DNA from: Nitrospirota bacterium
Lineage (GTDB): Bacteria > Nitrospirota > Thermodesulfovibrionia > UBA6902 > JAJYJJ01
NCBI GenBank assembly: GCA_021789595.1
Contig: JAJYJJ010000004.1
Coordinates: 66,617-130,616 of the forward strand
Direction of reading: 5' to 3'
DNA: 64,000 nucleotides
The notes under the pieces were generated by a model. That model made no database searches. It saw nothing but the letters and a program-made list of their open reading frames with translations, and was not told where the DNA came from. The translations under genes were made by a program, and so were the position numbers. Shown in pieces: positions 37,139 to 48,178 of this stretch (the first letter of the stretch is position 1; each line of letters starts with the position of its first letter).

Positions 37139-38149
37139 ATGAAAGAGGCAATGTTTTATGAAAGGCTTGATGCCAGGAAGGTAAGATGTTTCCTCTGCGG
37201 CCATAGATGCATTATTTCAGATGGACGCAGGGGCATATGCGGTGTAAGGGAAAACAGGGATGGGACACTCTACAGCCTTGTCTTTGGAAAGGTGATATCC
37301 ATGAATGTTGACCCTATAGAGAAGAAGCCGCTATTCCACTTTATGCCTGGCTCACGCTCATTTTCCATTGCAACCGTGGGGTGTAATTTCAGGTGCCTGC
37401 ACTGCCAGAACTTTGAGATATCACAGTATCCCAAAGAGCATGAAGGTGAGATCATTGGTGAGGATGTTTCCCCTGCCGAGATAGTGGATGCTGCCATAAG
37501 AACAGGCTGCCAGAGCATTTCATATACATATACAGAGCCGACCATATTCTTTGAGCTTGCCTATGAGACTGCAAGGCTTGCACACGAGAAGGGATTGAAG
37601 AATATCTTTGTCTCAAATGGCTATACCTCCCCAGAGGCAACGAAGGTAATCGCACCTTTTTTGGACGGCAATAATATAGACCTCAAGGGAGATGATGAGT
37701 TCTATAAAAAGGTGTGCGGTGCAAGACTTCAGCCCGTGCTTGATACCATAAGGCTTATGAAGGAGCTTGGGGTATGGGTTGAGGTTACAACATTGATCAT
37801 ACCCGAGCATAATGATTCAGAGGATGGCCTAAGGAGAATTGCGGAGTTCATAAAATCCATTGATGCAGATATGCCGTGGCATGTTACACAGTTTTACCCT
37901 ACCTATAAGCTCCTATCCGAACCGAGGACACCTGTAAGGATATTGAGAAGGGCGAGGGAGATCGGCCTGGATGCCGGGCTTAGATATGTGTATGAGGGGA
38001 ATGTCCCTGGCGAGGGCGGCGAGAATACCTATTGTCCGTCATGCGGCGAACTGCTTATCCACCGCTATGGGTTTTCTATTATTGAAAACAGGATCAAGGA
38101 TGGAAGATGTTTCAAGTGCGGCACTGCAATCGCCGGGATTGGCATGTAG
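37139..38149 (+). CDS. AmmeMemoRadiSam-system radical SAM enzyme
   Basis: N-terminal 'CFLCGHRCIISDGRRGICGVREN' plus radical SAM 'CNFRCLHCQN' cluster and C-terminal 'CPSCGELL...CFKCG' cysteines. Confidence 0.75.
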   Translation: MKEAMFYERLDARKVRCFLCGHRCIISDGRRGICGVRENRDGTLYSLVFGKVISMNVDPIEKKPLFHFMPGSRSFSIATVGCNFRCLHCQNFEISQYPKEHEGEIIGEDVSPAEIVDAAIRTGCQSISYTYTEPTIFFELAYETARLAHEKGLKNIFVSNGYTSPEATKVIAPFLDGNNIDLKGDDEFYKKVCGARLQPVLDTIRLMKELGVWVEVTTLIIPEHNDSEDGLRRIAEFIKSIDADMPWHVTQFYPTYKLLSEPRTPVRILRRAREIGLDAGLRYVYEGNVPGEGGENTYCPSCGELLIHRYGFSIIENRIKDGRCFKCGTAIAGIGM

Positions 38150-38176
38150 TGGAGCTTGTCTAAAAACCCTCGGAAT

Positions 38177-38203
38177 GTTACCCTGAACTCGTTTCAGGGT
38201 AAC
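38177..38203 (+). terminator. hairpin terminator after the radical SAM gene
   Basis: Perfect 11-bp stem GTTACCCTGAA-CTCG-TTCAGGGTAAC followed by a partly T-rich tract (ATAAGGCATTGATTTTATT). Confidence 0.45.
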
Positions 38204-38312
38204 ATAAGGCATTGATTTTATTAGATGCTGAAATAAATTCAGCATGACAAAGTACGTTGTTTAGTGGGTTTTTAGACAGGCTCAGTGTGGGGATTATGAC
38301 AGCAAAATCCTG

Positions 38313-38341
38313 TTGACAGGGCACAGATATTAGTTTAAAAT
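38313..38341 (+). promoter_or_regulatory. sigma70-type promoter for the flavodiiron protein and rubredoxin genes
   Basis: TTGACA, 17 nt spacer, TAAAAT, 40 nt upstream of the AGGAGG ribosome-binding site and ATG at 38381. Confidence 0.5.
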
Positions 38342-38380
38342 AATTCTAAATTAGTAATAAATCTAAACAGAGGAGGCTAT

Positions 38381-39598
38381 ATGAATGCTATAGAGGTTAA
38401 ACCTGACATCTACTGGGTAGGTGCGATAGACTGGCCTGTCAGGGACTTTCACGGATATGTTACACCAAATGGGACCACATACAATAACTTCCTGATCCTG
38501 GACGATAAGATCACCCTTATTGATTCTGTAAAGGAGGACTTTGCCATTGAGATGTTCGGCAGGATAAGGAGCGTGATTGACCCCAGAAGGATAGAGGTAT
38601 TTGTCATAAATCATATAGAGCAGGACCACGGAGGCAGTGCAGAGAAGGTTGTTAAGATGCTTCCCGATGTCCAGATATATACCACAGAAAGGGGCAAAAA
38701 GGGGCTTGAGAGACACTATGATATAACAGGCTGGAATATAAAAACGGTAAAGACAGGTGAGGAGGTTAGGATCGGGAAGAAGACATTGATGTTCATCGAG
38801 ACGCCCATGCTTCACTGGCCTGACTCCATGATGACCTATGTTAAGGAGGACAGACTCCTTATCAGTCAGGATGCCTTTGGCCAGCACAATGCCACCTCTG
38901 CGCGGTTTGATGACGAATTTGTTGCATGTGCATCCATCTCAGAGCTTGAAGATTCTGTTATCGACTATTATGCAAATATATTGATGCCATTTAGTGCACT
39001 GATAAAGGCAAAGATTGCAGAGATACAGAAGCTCGGGCTTGAGATAGACATGATCGCCCCTGACCACGGCATTATCTGGAGAAAGGAGCCTAAGAAGGTT
39101 GTTAATATGTACCTCAATATGGCAAATGGTAAAACCAGCCAGAGGGTGCTGATCGTCTATGACACCATGTGGCACAGCACAGAGCTTCTCATCGGCCCCA
39201 TAATGGACGGTATAATGGCCGAAGGGGTTGATGTGGAGGTGATTAAACTCAGGGCAACTCCGATGAGTGTTGCAATAAAGGAGTTCTGGAAGTCAAGGGC
39301 TATGCTTGTTGGAACACCTACGCTTAATAATATAATGTTTCCCACTGTAGCGGAGTTCCTTACACATCTGAGAGGGCTGAGGCCTAAGAACAGGATGGTT
39401 GGTGCCTTTGGAAGTTTTGGCTGGGGCGGTGGCGCTGTAAAGGAGGCATATGAGGAGTTCAAGAGGATGGGGCTTGAGATAGTTGAGCCAGGGGTAGAGG
39501 TCAATTACAGACCAAAGTCAGAGGATAATAAACGCTGTTATGAATTTGGAAGGGAATTTGCAAAAAGGGTTATAGAGTATCATAAAAAATTTGACTGA
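38381..39598 (+). CDS. flavodiiron protein (rubredoxin:oxygen/NO oxidoreductase, FprA/ROO type)
   Basis: Metallo-beta-lactamase-like diiron domain ('HIEQDHGGS') followed by a flavodoxin-like domain. 405 aa. Confidence 0.85.
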   Translation: MNAIEVKPDIYWVGAIDWPVRDFHGYVTPNGTTYNNFLILDDKITLIDSVKEDFAIEMFGRIRSVIDPRRIEVFVINHIEQDHGGSAEKVVKMLPDVQIYTTERGKKGLERHYDITGWNIKTVKTGEEVRIGKKTLMFIETPMLHWPDSMMTYVKEDRLLISQDAFGQHNATSARFDDEFVACASISELEDSVIDYYANILMPFSALIKAKIAEIQKLGLEIDMIAPDHGIIWRKEPKKVVNMYLNMANGKTSQRVLIVYDTMWHSTELLIGPIMDGIMAEGVDVEVIKLRATPMSVAIKEFWKSRAMLVGTPTLNNIMFPTVAEFLTHLRGLRPKNRMVGAFGSFGWGGGAVKEAYEEFKRMGLEIVEPGVEVNYRPKSEDNKRCYEFGREFAKRVIEYHKKFD

Positions 39599-39644
39599 AG
39601 CTCCGAGCAAAGCTCAGGGCTTCCATGTAAGGAGGTTGCTAACT

Positions 39645-39782
39645 ATGTCAGTATGGAAGTGCACTGTATGCGGTTATGAATATGATGAGGCAGTTGAAGG
39701 TACTCCCTTTCAACAACTTCCTGATGACTGGAAGTGTCCTGTATGTAACGCGCCGAAGGATGCCTTTGAGAAGATACGATAG
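39645..39782 (+). CDS. rubredoxin
   Basis: '[12 protein letters not shown]' and '[13 protein letters not shown]' CxxC pairs. ATG at 39645 preceded by AAGGAGG. The ORF-track start at 39591 is an extension. Confidence 0.85.
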   Translation: MSVWKCTVCGYEYDEAVEGTPFQQLPDDWKCPVCNAPKDAFEKIR

Positions 39783-39793
39783 GTCGGAGATGT

Positions 39794-40402
39794 TTATATG
39801 CCCTTTGCCCTTTCAATAAAGAGCTTCATCTTTTGGCGATCTTTCTTGCCCTTTTCAGCCTCGATACCGCTACTGACATCAACGCCATAGGGTCTGACCA
39901 ACCTTATGGCGTTTTCTATATTATCAGGGTTTAGTCCGCCAGCCAATATTACCCTGCCAAACCTCTTTGCCTCAACTGCTATATCCCAGTTAAATATCTG
40001 TCCTGTGCCTCCCAATGCATCGGGCGTATATGTATCAAGGAGGAATGCAGAGACATTATATCTCTCTAGCAGCTCAAGGTCTGTAAGCTCCTTTACCCTT
40101 ATTGCCTTTATTACACGGCACCCGATATTGCATGTATCAGGTGATTCATTGCCGTGCATCTGTATGACATCAAGACCTGCGTGCTCTGCGATCCTTTCTA
40201 TCTCAGCAGTCTCTTCATCTACAAATACACCAACTGTTGTTACAATCGGCGGGAGTTTTGAGATGATTGCCTTTGCATCTGCCGGCTCTATGTATCTTGG
40301 GCTTCCTCTAAAAAAGACAAAGCCCAGGGCATCAGCACCAAAGGCAACTGCCATAAGTGCATCCTCGATATTTGTTATACCGCAGATTTTGACTTTAACC
40401 AT
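39794..40402 (-). CDS. trpF: phosphoribosylanthranilate isomerase
   Basis: '[30 protein letters not shown]' canonical TrpF N-terminus. Confidence 0.85.
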   Translation of the reverse strand: MVKVKICGITNIEDALMAVAFGADALGFVFFRGSPRYIEPADAKAIISKLPPIVTTVGVFVDEETAEIERIAEHAGLDVIQMHGNESPDTCNIGCRVIKAIRVKELTDLELLERYNVSAFLLDTYTPDALGGTGQIFNWDIAVEAKRFGRVILAGGLNPDNIENAIRLVRPYGVDVSSGIEAEKGKKDRQKMKLFIERAKGI

Positions 40403-41754
40403 TAGATGCTCGGCAGCTTTGACAGTGCCTCCTTTATCTTCTCCTCAGGATATTCGTAATCCTCAAGCTTACCTGAGAGATAATCTGCATATGCTGCAAG
40501 GTCAAGATAACCGTGGCCGCTCAGATTAAAGAATATGGTCTTTTCTTTTCCCTCCTCTTTGCACCTTAATGCTTCATCTATGACTGCCTTTATTGCATGG
40601 GCGCTCTCAGGTGCAGGTATAATAGCCTCACTCTTTGCAAACCTTATTGCAGCGTCAAAGACTGCAGTCTGTCCATATGCCTGGGCCTCAATCAGTCCGT
40701 CGTGATAGAGCTGACAGATGAGAGGTGAATCACCGTGGTATCTTAGTCCACCGGCATGGATGCCTGGCGGGACAAAGTCATGTCCAAGGGTATACATCAT
40801 CACAAGCGGGGTAAGCCCTGCAGTGTCTCCAAAGTCATACCTGAATTCTCCCTTTGTAAGGGTCGGGCAGGATGTAGGCTCCACTGCAATGACGCGAAGC
40901 TCTTTGCCGTTTATCTTATCCCGCAGGAATGGAAAGCTCACGCCTGCGAGGTTGCTTCCTCCGCCGCAGCATCCAACTATCACATCAGGATAATCCCTGG
41001 CAATCTCAAACTGTCTCTTTGCCTCAAGCCCGATAACTGTCTGGTGTAAAAGCACATGGTTAAGCACAGAGCCGAGTGCATAGTTTGTATCAGAATGTGT
41101 TGCCGCATCCTCAACAGCCTCTGATATGGCAATGCCGAGGCTTCCCGGGTTATCAGGGTCTGACTCAAGGATATTTCTTCCTGAGTTAGTTACACTGCTT
41201 GGGCTTGCATGAACAGTAGCACCCCATGTCTCCATTGCTATTCTCCTGTAAGGCTTCTGGTTATAACTTACCTTTACCATATAGACTGTAACATCAAGTC
41301 CAAAGAGGCTTCCAGCCAGTGCCATTGCAGAACCCCACTGTCCTGCACCGGTCTCTGTTGCAATCCTTTTTATCCCTGCCTTTTTGTTGTAGTATGCCTG
41401 CGGTATGGATGTGTTGGGTTTATGGCTTCCTGCAGGGCTTACACCTTCGTATTTATAGTAGATCCTTGCAGGCGTGCCCAATGTCGTCTCAAGTCTGTGT
41501 GCCCGGTATAAAGGAGACGGCCTCCACAGGCTGTAGATATCCATAACCTCCTCAGGTATCTCAATCCATCTTTGTGTTGATACCTCCTGCTCAATCAGGG
41601 CCATAGGGAATATGGCACTAAGATCCTGGGGGCCAACAGGCTGTTTTGTTCCAGGATGAAGCGGCGGCTTGGGCAGATTCGGCATGTCCGCCATGATGTT
41701 GTACCACTGCCTTGGGATTTCCCTGTCAGGTAAAACTATCTTTGTTTCTTGCAT
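40402..41754 (-). CDS. trpB: tryptophan synthase beta chain, TrpB2 (long) type
   Basis: 450 aa with the TrpB2-type N-terminal extension and '[17 protein letters not shown]' PLP-lysine region. '[11 protein letters not shown]' glycine loop. Confidence 0.85.
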   Translation of the reverse strand: MQETKIVLPDREIPRQWYNIMADMPNLPKPPLHPGTKQPVGPQDLSAIFPMALIEQEVSTQRWIEIPEEVMDIYSLWRPSPLYRAHRLETTLGTPARIYYKYEGVSPAGSHKPNTSIPQAYYNKKAGIKRIATETGAGQWGSAMALAGSLFGLDVTVYMVKVSYNQKPYRRIAMETWGATVHASPSSVTNSGRNILESDPDNPGSLGIAISEAVEDAATHSDTNYALGSVLNHVLLHQTVIGLEAKRQFEIARDYPDVIVGCCGGGSNLAGVSFPFLRDKINGKELRVIAVEPTSCPTLTKGEFRYDFGDTAGLTPLVMMYTLGHDFVPPGIHAGGLRYHGDSPLICQLYHDGLIEAQAYGQTAVFDAAIRFAKSEAIIPAPESAHAIKAVIDEALRCKEEGKEKTIFFNLSGHGYLDLAAYADYLSGKLEDYEYPEEKIKEALSKLPSI

Positions 41755-41785
41755 CTTCTCCTCCTATGTAAAAGGAATATTAAGC

Positions 41786-42577
41786 TTAATTCTTTCGGCC
41801 TAATAGCTCATCCAGTCTTGCTCCTATGTCCTCGGCCTGCATGAGAGATGTACCTACAAGCATCGCATCTGCTCTTGATTTCTCGAGTCTTTCAACATCG
41901 GCCCTCGTCTTTATCCCGCTTTCAGATACAACTATAAGATTATGAGGTATATCCTTCAGAAGCTCAAAGGTTGTATTAAGATCTACGGTCATAGTGTTCA
42001 GGTCTCTGTTGTTTATCCCGATAATCCTTGCTCCTGCATATAGTGCAGTGTCAAGTTCCTTCCAATGATGTACCTCGACAAGACAGTCAAGTGAAAGCCC
42101 TCCTGCAATACCCAGGAAATCCGTGATCTGGTTTTTTGTGAGGATGGCTGTAATGAGGAGGATTGCATCAGCACCAAAGGCCCGTGACTCATAAATCTGG
42201 TAATCATCGAAGATAAAATCTTTTCTAAGGACAGGAACCGCTGCAACTGTCTTTACCTGGTTGATGTAATCGAGTCTTCCATGAAAATATCTCTCTTCTG
42301 TTAAAACAGATATTGCAGCAGCACCTTTTTCAGCATAGACCCTTGCAATCTCTTCAGGATTAAAGTCCTCCCGTATTACGCCATTAGAAGGCGATGCCTT
42401 TTTTATCTCTGCTATAAATTTAATCGGGCCTGAGGCCTGTCTTTTTATCGATGAAGCAAATGCCCTGGCCCCTGGTATATCCTTTATCCTTGCCTTTATA
42501 TCTGAGATAGGCAGCCTCAGCTTTGATTCCTTTACTACATCTTTTTTTGTCTGAACAATGCTATTTAGTATATTCAT
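41786..42577 (-). CDS. trpC: indole-3-glycerol phosphate synthase
   Basis: '[39 protein letters not shown]' TrpC signature. Confidence 0.9.
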   Translation of the reverse strand: [263 protein letters not shown]

Positions 42578-42977
42578 GTCAATAGAATAGTAAAGAAAAG
42601 GATGGCTTTTTTCAAGTCCTTGACAACTCCTCTCCCATGGTATTATATTTGTATATGTTTTTGAGCAGGGCTTTTAAAGCTAATAGGCTATTTGTTAAGG
42701 TTGTCCTTATTACCATTTGCGTCCTTATCCTTTTACCGGCAATGATATCCCCAATGAAGGTTTGTCAGAAAGACGGTTCCTTATTATGTCATAACTATAC
42801 CAATGGCATTCAGGATTATAAGAAGGGCGTTATAGAGGATAAAACCTTTTCAGTTATCAGACTCATTGATGACATTATTCGTCCAAAAGAGATTGCCCTG
42901 TCTATCTTTCGCCCACCTGAACTGACCTCCTGATCTATTTTAAAAATTTTCGAAATATTATATTTTAGGAGGAACAG

Positions 42978-43517
42978 ATGAAATCCATCAATAAAAAGAC
43001 ACTCCTATGGTTAGGTGTGTTTATCCTGGTCGGTTTGTATCTTTACCCTGTTATTAAAGGGAGGATTGCCTTTGCCAATGGCAGGCCAGCAGTAAATGAG
43101 ACAGCACCTGATTTTACCTTGACCGATTTAAACGGCAAAAGGGTAACACTGTCAGATTTTAGGGGTAAGGTGGTGCTCCTTAATTTCTGGGCAAGCTGGT
43201 GTCCTCCATGCCGTATGGAGATACCGGGCTTTCAGAGATTTTATGAGGGCTATAAGAATAAGGGGTTTGTTATTATCGGGCTGTCATTGGATGATACTGG
43301 GCACTCTACAGTTTCATCCTTTGTCAAGAAAATGGGGATTACCTATCCCATTGTCATGGCCGATAGCAAGGTAGTAAGAGATTATGGGAATATCTCTGCC
43401 ATACCAACATCTTTCCTGATAGATAAGAATGGCAGGATTGTGAAAAAGACAATGGGGATGCTTTTAGAGGGGACCCTTAAAGGGGAAGTGGATAGTGCCC
43501 TCAATAACAGGTCTTAG
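42978..43517 (+). CDS. thiol:disulfide oxidoreductase, TlpA/ResA family (thioredoxin fold)
   Basis: N-terminal TM anchor. '[13 protein letters not shown]' CxxC active site. Confidence 0.8.
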   Translation: MKSINKKTLLWLGVFILVGLYLYPVIKGRIAFANGRPAVNETAPDFTLTDLNGKRVTLSDFRGKVVLLNFWASWCPPCRMEIPGFQRFYEGYKNKGFVIIGLSLDDTGHSTVSSFVKKMGITYPIVMADSKVVRDYGNISAIPTSFLIDKNGRIVKKTMGMLLEGTLKGEVDSALNNRS

Positions 43518-43529
43518 TGGAGGATTAAA

Positions 43530-44258
43530 ATGGAAAATATATCTGTGTTTGTTGCCTTTACAGCAGGGCTGTTGTCATTTCTATCGCCCTGTGTCTTGCC
43601 TGTTATCCCCTCTTATGTTTCTTATATAACAGGTATATCTTTTGAGGACCTTTCAGGTGCACAGGACAGGGCAAGGATAAGGAGAATAACGCTGAAGAAC
43701 TCCTTTTTCTTCATTGCCGGATTCTCCCTTATATTCGTTATGCTCGGTGCATCTTCAAGTCTTCTGGGCAAGGTCCTTTCTGATTATCAGAATATCATCA
43801 GAAAGGCAGGCGGGATACTGATTGTGCTGTTTGGCCTTTATATAGCAGGGATTCTGAGGCTCAGGTTTCTCTCAGGTGAGAAGAAACTTCATGTCCAGAG
43901 CAAACCTGCTGGGCTTCTCGGTTCTTTCCTTGTAGGTGTGGCCTTTGCTGCAGGATGGACGCCATGCATCGGTCCTGTCTTGGGCTCGATCCTATTATAT
44001 GCAGGCACAACCACCTCTGTTGCATCAGGGATGGGACTTCTTGCATCTTACGCCCTTGGGTTAGGTATTCCCTTTCTCATCACCTCTTTGGCCATCAACA
44101 GCTTCCTCTCGTATTTCAAGCACATCAACCGATACATGAAGCCCATATCTACTGTAAGCGGGCTGTTTCTTATAGTAGTAGGGATTCTGCTGTTCACAGG
44201 CTCTTTCGGGGTCCTGAGCCAGTATCTATCTATGCTGACAGGTGCTTTAGGTGTATAA
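43530..44258 (+). CDS. ccdA: cytochrome c-type biogenesis protein CcdA, paralog 2
   Basis: 'FLSPCVLPVIPSYVSYITG' and 'WTPCIGPVLG'. Paralog of the gene at 13335-14069 (same length, high identity). Confidence 0.8.
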   Translation: MENISVFVAFTAGLLSFLSPCVLPVIPSYVSYITGISFEDLSGAQDRARIRRITLKNSFFFIAGFSLIFVMLGASSSLLGKVLSDYQNIIRKAGGILIVLFGLYIAGILRLRFLSGEKKLHVQSKPAGLLGSFLVGVAFAAGWTPCIGPVLGSILLYAGTTTSVASGMGLLASYALGLGIPFLITSLAINSFLSYFKHINRYMKPISTVSGLFLIVVGILLFTGSFGVLSQYLSMLTGALGV

Positions 44259-44307
44259 TTATGGGGAGAGAATTTCTCTCCCCATTCTGCACTGAGGAGG
44301 TAGAACG

Positions 44308-46188
44308 ATGAAAAAATGTTTACTTCTATTAGGATTAACTTTAATCCTTCTTACACTATTATTGGAGTATGGATTCTCTGAGGAGACCGGCTCCTGCCTT
44401 CAGTGCCACAGTGATGCAAAGAAGATGAAGGAGCTTGGCTATCCAGAGTTTACCATGACACAAGAGGAGGTAGAAAAACAGACAGGTATGCCTGCAACCT
44501 GTGAGATGTGCCATCAGGGAAATCCCAATGACAATACCATCAAGGGAGCGCATAAGGGTATCTTAAGCCTATCTGTAGTCATGAAGAAGGGTGCTATTGC
44601 AGTGCCAAGGAAGGAGCTTAAAGGAGAGGACAGGGAATCTATCAAAAGCTTGAAACCAAAAGGTGATTTTGCAGGCAATACCCTTTTCCCAAGGGTAATT
44701 GGGAAGGATGGTAAGCCTGCGCTTAATCCGAGGGTGTCGGTTATCCAGTGGCATGACAAGGATCTTAACACTATTGCCTTTAATCCAGGTATTGCGGAGA
44801 AGACCTGCGGTATCTGTCATCCTAAAGAGGTCAAGAGCTACATGAAGACCGAAATGGGATTGACATTGACCATGAGCCAGTATGTGACCTGGTTCAGCCC
44901 CACAGGCCCTCAGAGCTGCGGCCTCTGGACAGCAGCCACTACAAAGCCCAGCAATGACAGCTTTACCACCGAAAATATGGAGCAATACAATGCTGTCAGC
45001 ACTGCCCATCTTGGCAAGGAACAGGCATTTTCCAACCAGAGGAATTGTAATACCTGCCATGCAGGTTGTCTGGATTGCCATTATAACCCTTTTAACAAAG
45101 AGGCAAAAGACAGTAAAGGCAGACCAAAAGAGGCAGGCGTTCATACCTTTTCCTTTAAGCCTCCGGTGCTTTCATGTATGGGTGATGGCAGGGCTCAGAT
45201 ATGTCATGCAGGCCCATTGGAAAGGCGAAGGGGAGATGGATTCATGAAAGGAAACTTTGCAGTAAAGGCTGTGGCTGACCCACAGAATGAAAATTCAAAA
45301 ATATATATCGAGACCCCTGATGTCCATTTTGCCAAAGGCATAACCTGTGCGGACTGTCATCGCCATAATCACAAGACCCATAACATGGGTGATCAGATAA
45401 GGAATCCTGAGCCCATACAGTGTGCAGAATGTCATAAGCAGGAGGTATCTGCAAATAAAAAGGGCATCCACAAGAATCTTTCCTGCGAGGCATGCCATAC
45501 CCCATTAGTGGTAGGATATGCCTTTAATTTCTGGGCACCTGGGAAAAGATTTGGCATGGAAACACCATTGGACAGGCATCAGTTTTATAATGTCAATGCA
45601 ATGCAGCCCATCATCCTTAAGAACAAGAAAGGGCAGTGGAATCCCTATCATATAGTTCCTCACATATCAACAAATGTGAAGAAAGAAGAGGTGAAGCTAT
45701 CCAAAGGACTTATATTCAGGAGCAAGCCAGATGTAAACATGAAGAGGGAGTATCCATCCAATGACGCCTTTGCCGTAACAGGAATCTATGAAGGGAGCAC
45801 CGATGAGGGCACGGTCATGGCGTGGCTGAACATCGACAAGGTTGCCCATGCCGTAACAAAGGCAAGGACATGCGATAGCTGTCATGGCTTAAATGGAACA
45901 CAGAAGATTTTAGTGGATTACAGGTGGATGGAAAAACCTGATAGTGCCTATAAGGATATCCTATCAGGCCATTACACGATTGTGTCCGATAGAAAGGGTT
46001 TGAGGATAGAGAATCTTTCAGGTGCTGATGGGAGATCTATACCTGATGGACTTAGACCTCTTGTAGGCAAGTGGGATTTAAAAGGAAACTTTTCCATCCC
46101 TCCAATAAGAGACAAAAAGGCATATGCCAGAGAAAAAGCACGATACGAAAGGATATTAGAAAGTGGTGGCAGATACCATTCGCAGTGA
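44308..46188 (+). CDS. secreted multiheme c-type cytochrome (nine canonical CxxCH sites plus one possible CX8CH)
   Basis: Signal peptide '[19 protein letters not shown]'. Heme-binding motifs CLQCH, CEMCH, CGICH, CNTCH, CLDCH, CADCH, CAECH, CEACH and CDSCH. Also '[11 protein letters not shown]'. Confidence 0.8.
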   Translation: MKKCLLLLGLTLILLTLLLEYGFSEETGSCLQCHSDAKKMKELGYPEFTMTQEEVEKQTGMPATCEMCHQGNPNDNTIKGAHKGILSLSVVMKKGAIAVPRKELKGEDRESIKSLKPKGDFAGNTLFPRVIGKDGKPALNPRVSVIQWHDKDLNTIAFNPGIAEKTCGICHPKEVKSYMKTEMGLTLTMSQYVTWFSPTGPQSCGLWTAATTKPSNDSFTTENMEQYNAVSTAHLGKEQAFSNQRNCNTCHAGCLDCHYNPFNKEAKDSKGRPKEAGVHTFSFKPPVLSCMGDGRAQICHAGPLERRRGDGFMKGNFAVKAVADPQNENSKIYIETPDVHFAKGITCADCHRHNHKTHNMGDQIRNPEPIQCAECHKQEVSANKKGIHKNLSCEACHTPLVVGYAFNFWAPGKRFGMETPLDRHQFYNVNAMQPIILKNKKGQWNPYHIVPHISTNVKKEEVKLSKGLIFRSKPDVNMKREYPSNDAFAVTGIYEGSTDEGTVMAWLNIDKVAHAVTKARTCDSCHGLNGTQKILVDYRWMEKPDSAYKDILSGHYTIVSDRKGLRIENLSGADGRSIPDGLRPLVGKWDLKGNFSIPPIRDKKAYAREKARYERILESGGRYHSQ

Positions 46189-46205
46189 AAAATAAGGATA
46201 ACCAT

Positions 46206-47222
46206 ATGAAGGATATGCCTGAGAGGAAAATAACACCTCAGTTGAGAGAAGAGGACATCGGTTATGAGCTGAGTCTGAGGCCAAGGCTCTTTGATGAATT
46301 CGTTGGCCAGGAAAGGATAAAGGAGAACCTGAAGGTATTTATCCAGGCCGCAATGCAAAGGGCAGAACCCCTCGACCATGTGCTTTTCTGCGGGCCACCT
46401 GGCCTTGGAAAGACGACCCTTGCCCATATAATATCATCCGAGCTTGGTGTTGGGATCAGGGCAACATCAGGGCCTGTGCTTGAAAGACCCGGCGACCTTG
46501 CAGCGATACTTACGAATCTTGCAGAAAGGGATATACTCTTTATTGATGAGATACACAGGCTGCCGAGGATTGTTGAAGAAGTGCTGTATCCTGCAATGGA
46601 GGACTTCCAGCTCGACATAATCATCGGTCAGGGCCCAAGCGCAAGAACCCTGAAGCTCAATCTTCCAAGGTTTACACTGATAGGTGCAACAACAAGGACG
46701 GGGCTTCTCACATCTCCTCTCAGGGATAGATTTGGTGTTATAAACAGGCTTGACTACTACGGCCCCGAGGATCTTAAAACTATTGTCTCCCGTTCCTCTA
46801 AGATATTAAGGATTGAGATAACAGATGATGCCTCAAGGGAGATAGCAATGCGTTCAAGGGGGACGCCGAGGATTGCAAATAGACTTCTAAGAAGGGTAAG
46901 GGACTTTGCCCAGGTAAAGGGCAACGGTATTATTGATATCGACATTGCAAAAAGCACTATGGCAGCTATGGATGTAGATAACAGGGGGTTTGACGATATG
47001 GACAGAAAATTACTCCTGACAATAATCAACAAGTTTAATGGAGGACCTGTGGGTATCGAGACCATTGCAGCCTCTGTAAGTGAGGACAGGGAGACCATTG
47101 AGGATGTCTATGAGCCGTATCTATTGCAGGAGGGTTTTCTTGAAAGGACAAACAGGGGAAGGCTTGCCACAAGGCTTGCCTACGAGCATTTTGGGAAGCA
47201 ACTGCCGAAGGGACTGTTTTAG
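46206..47222 (+). CDS. ruvB: Holliday junction ATP-dependent DNA helicase RuvB
   Basis: Walker A '[14 protein letters not shown]', Walker B 'LFIDEIHRL', full RuvB architecture. ATG at 46206. The ORF-track start at 46071 overlaps the cytochrome gene. Confidence 0.9.
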   Translation: MKDMPERKITPQLREEDIGYELSLRPRLFDEFVGQERIKENLKVFIQAAMQRAEPLDHVLFCGPPGLGKTTLAHIISSELGVGIRATSGPVLERPGDLAAILTNLAERDILFIDEIHRLPRIVEEVLYPAMEDFQLDIIIGQGPSARTLKLNLPRFTLIGATTRTGLLTSPLRDRFGVINRLDYYGPEDLKTIVSRSSKILRIEITDDASREIAMRSRGTPRIANRLLRRVRDFAQVKGNGIIDIDIAKSTMAAMDVDNRGFDDMDRKLLLTIINKFNGGPVGIETIAASVSEDRETIEDVYEPYLLQEGFLERTNRGRLATRLAYEHFGKQLPKGLF

Positions 47223-47293
47223 GGGGTGAGAATAGCAAAGGCCATTGACCATAGGGGAATGAGGTCATGGTGGTGAGGGGGAAACAAGGATAT

Positions 47294-48178
47294 CTAAAGC
47301 CCGCTAAATGGCACTGGTGAAAAGGTTATTATAAAGATTACATATCCAAGCCATCCAAGTATCCTCCGCTTCCTGTCCAGTGGATAATCATACACTGTTG
47401 GTGGATGTCCAAGGCCGAGTATAAGCATCAGTAATGCCCAGAAAGACCAGCCAAACCATCCTATTGTGCCCAGTATTAAAAGCACAGGTATCATACCTAT
47501 AGATATCCACCTGTGTCTTTTCCCAAACATGGCATATGATATATGTCCGCCATCTAACTGACCTATTGGAAGCAGATTCAATGATGTGACAAACAGGCCA
47601 ATCCAGCCTGCAAAGGCTATTGGATGTAGAACTACATCGTATCTATTCAGGTCTATGCCTAATGTTATCTTTGTGAGTGCCATGAACAGGAGGGAATTCC
47701 CAAGGCCGAGGCCGCCCGTTTGTTTGCCTGCTAAAACTACCTCAGACATGCTTAACCCTATTAATGATGCCACAACCGAGACAATAAAGCCTGCAAGCGG
47801 TCCAGAAATCCCTATATCAAGAAGCGCCTTTCTGTCCATTATCGGCGGAGACATCTTTATGAATGCACCGAATGTCCCGATAAGGGATGGGGCAGGTATG
47901 AAATAGGGGAGGGTAGCAGGTGTATGGTGTTTCCTTGATGCAAAATAATGGGAAAGCTCATGGGAAAGCAGTATGATGATCAGGGTTATGGAAAATGGCA
48001 GGCCGAGGATTATCCTGCCAGGCTCGGTTATGGGGTCAACGCCTTTTTGCATAGCACCTGCAATGAGTGTTGACAGGAATGTGAGTATAAAAAGGATGAT
48101 ATGTATTGGTGTTAATCTTCCTCTCAAATCATCCCCTTTTCTCTCTGTATCCTGAAGTGGCTTGAAATTTCCTGTCAA
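47294..48178 (-). CDS. M50 family (site-2 protease-like) membrane metalloprotease
   Basis: 'HELSHYFASRKHH' HExxH within a TM helix and a downstream 'LDGG'-type motif ('GQLDGGH'). Confidence 0.7.
   Translation of the reverse strand: MTGNFKPLQDTERKGDDLRGRLTPIHIILFILTFLSTLIAGAMQKGVDPITEPGRIILGLPFSITLIIILLSHELSHYFASRKHHTPATLPYFIPAPSLIGTFGAFIKMSPPIMDRKALLDIGISGPLAGFIVSVVASLIGLSMSEVVLAGKQTGGLGLGNSLLFMALTKITLGIDLNRYDVVLHPIAFAGWIGLFVTSLNLLPIGQLDGGHISYAMFGKRHRWISIGMIPVLLILGTIGWFGWSFWALLMLILGLGHPPTVYDYPLDRKRRILGWLGYVIFIITFSPVPFSGL

Noticed and set aside
42637-42933. 98-aa plus-strand ORF between trpC and tlpA
   Set aside because: It has a hydrophobic N-terminus but no RBS, no homology signal and an odd composition. 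It could be a small membrane protein, but support is too weak to call.
44569-45144. 191-aa minus-strand ORF inside the multiheme cytochrome gene
   Set aside because: It is antisense to a gene with a signal peptide and nine CxxCH motifs. It has no start context or homology.
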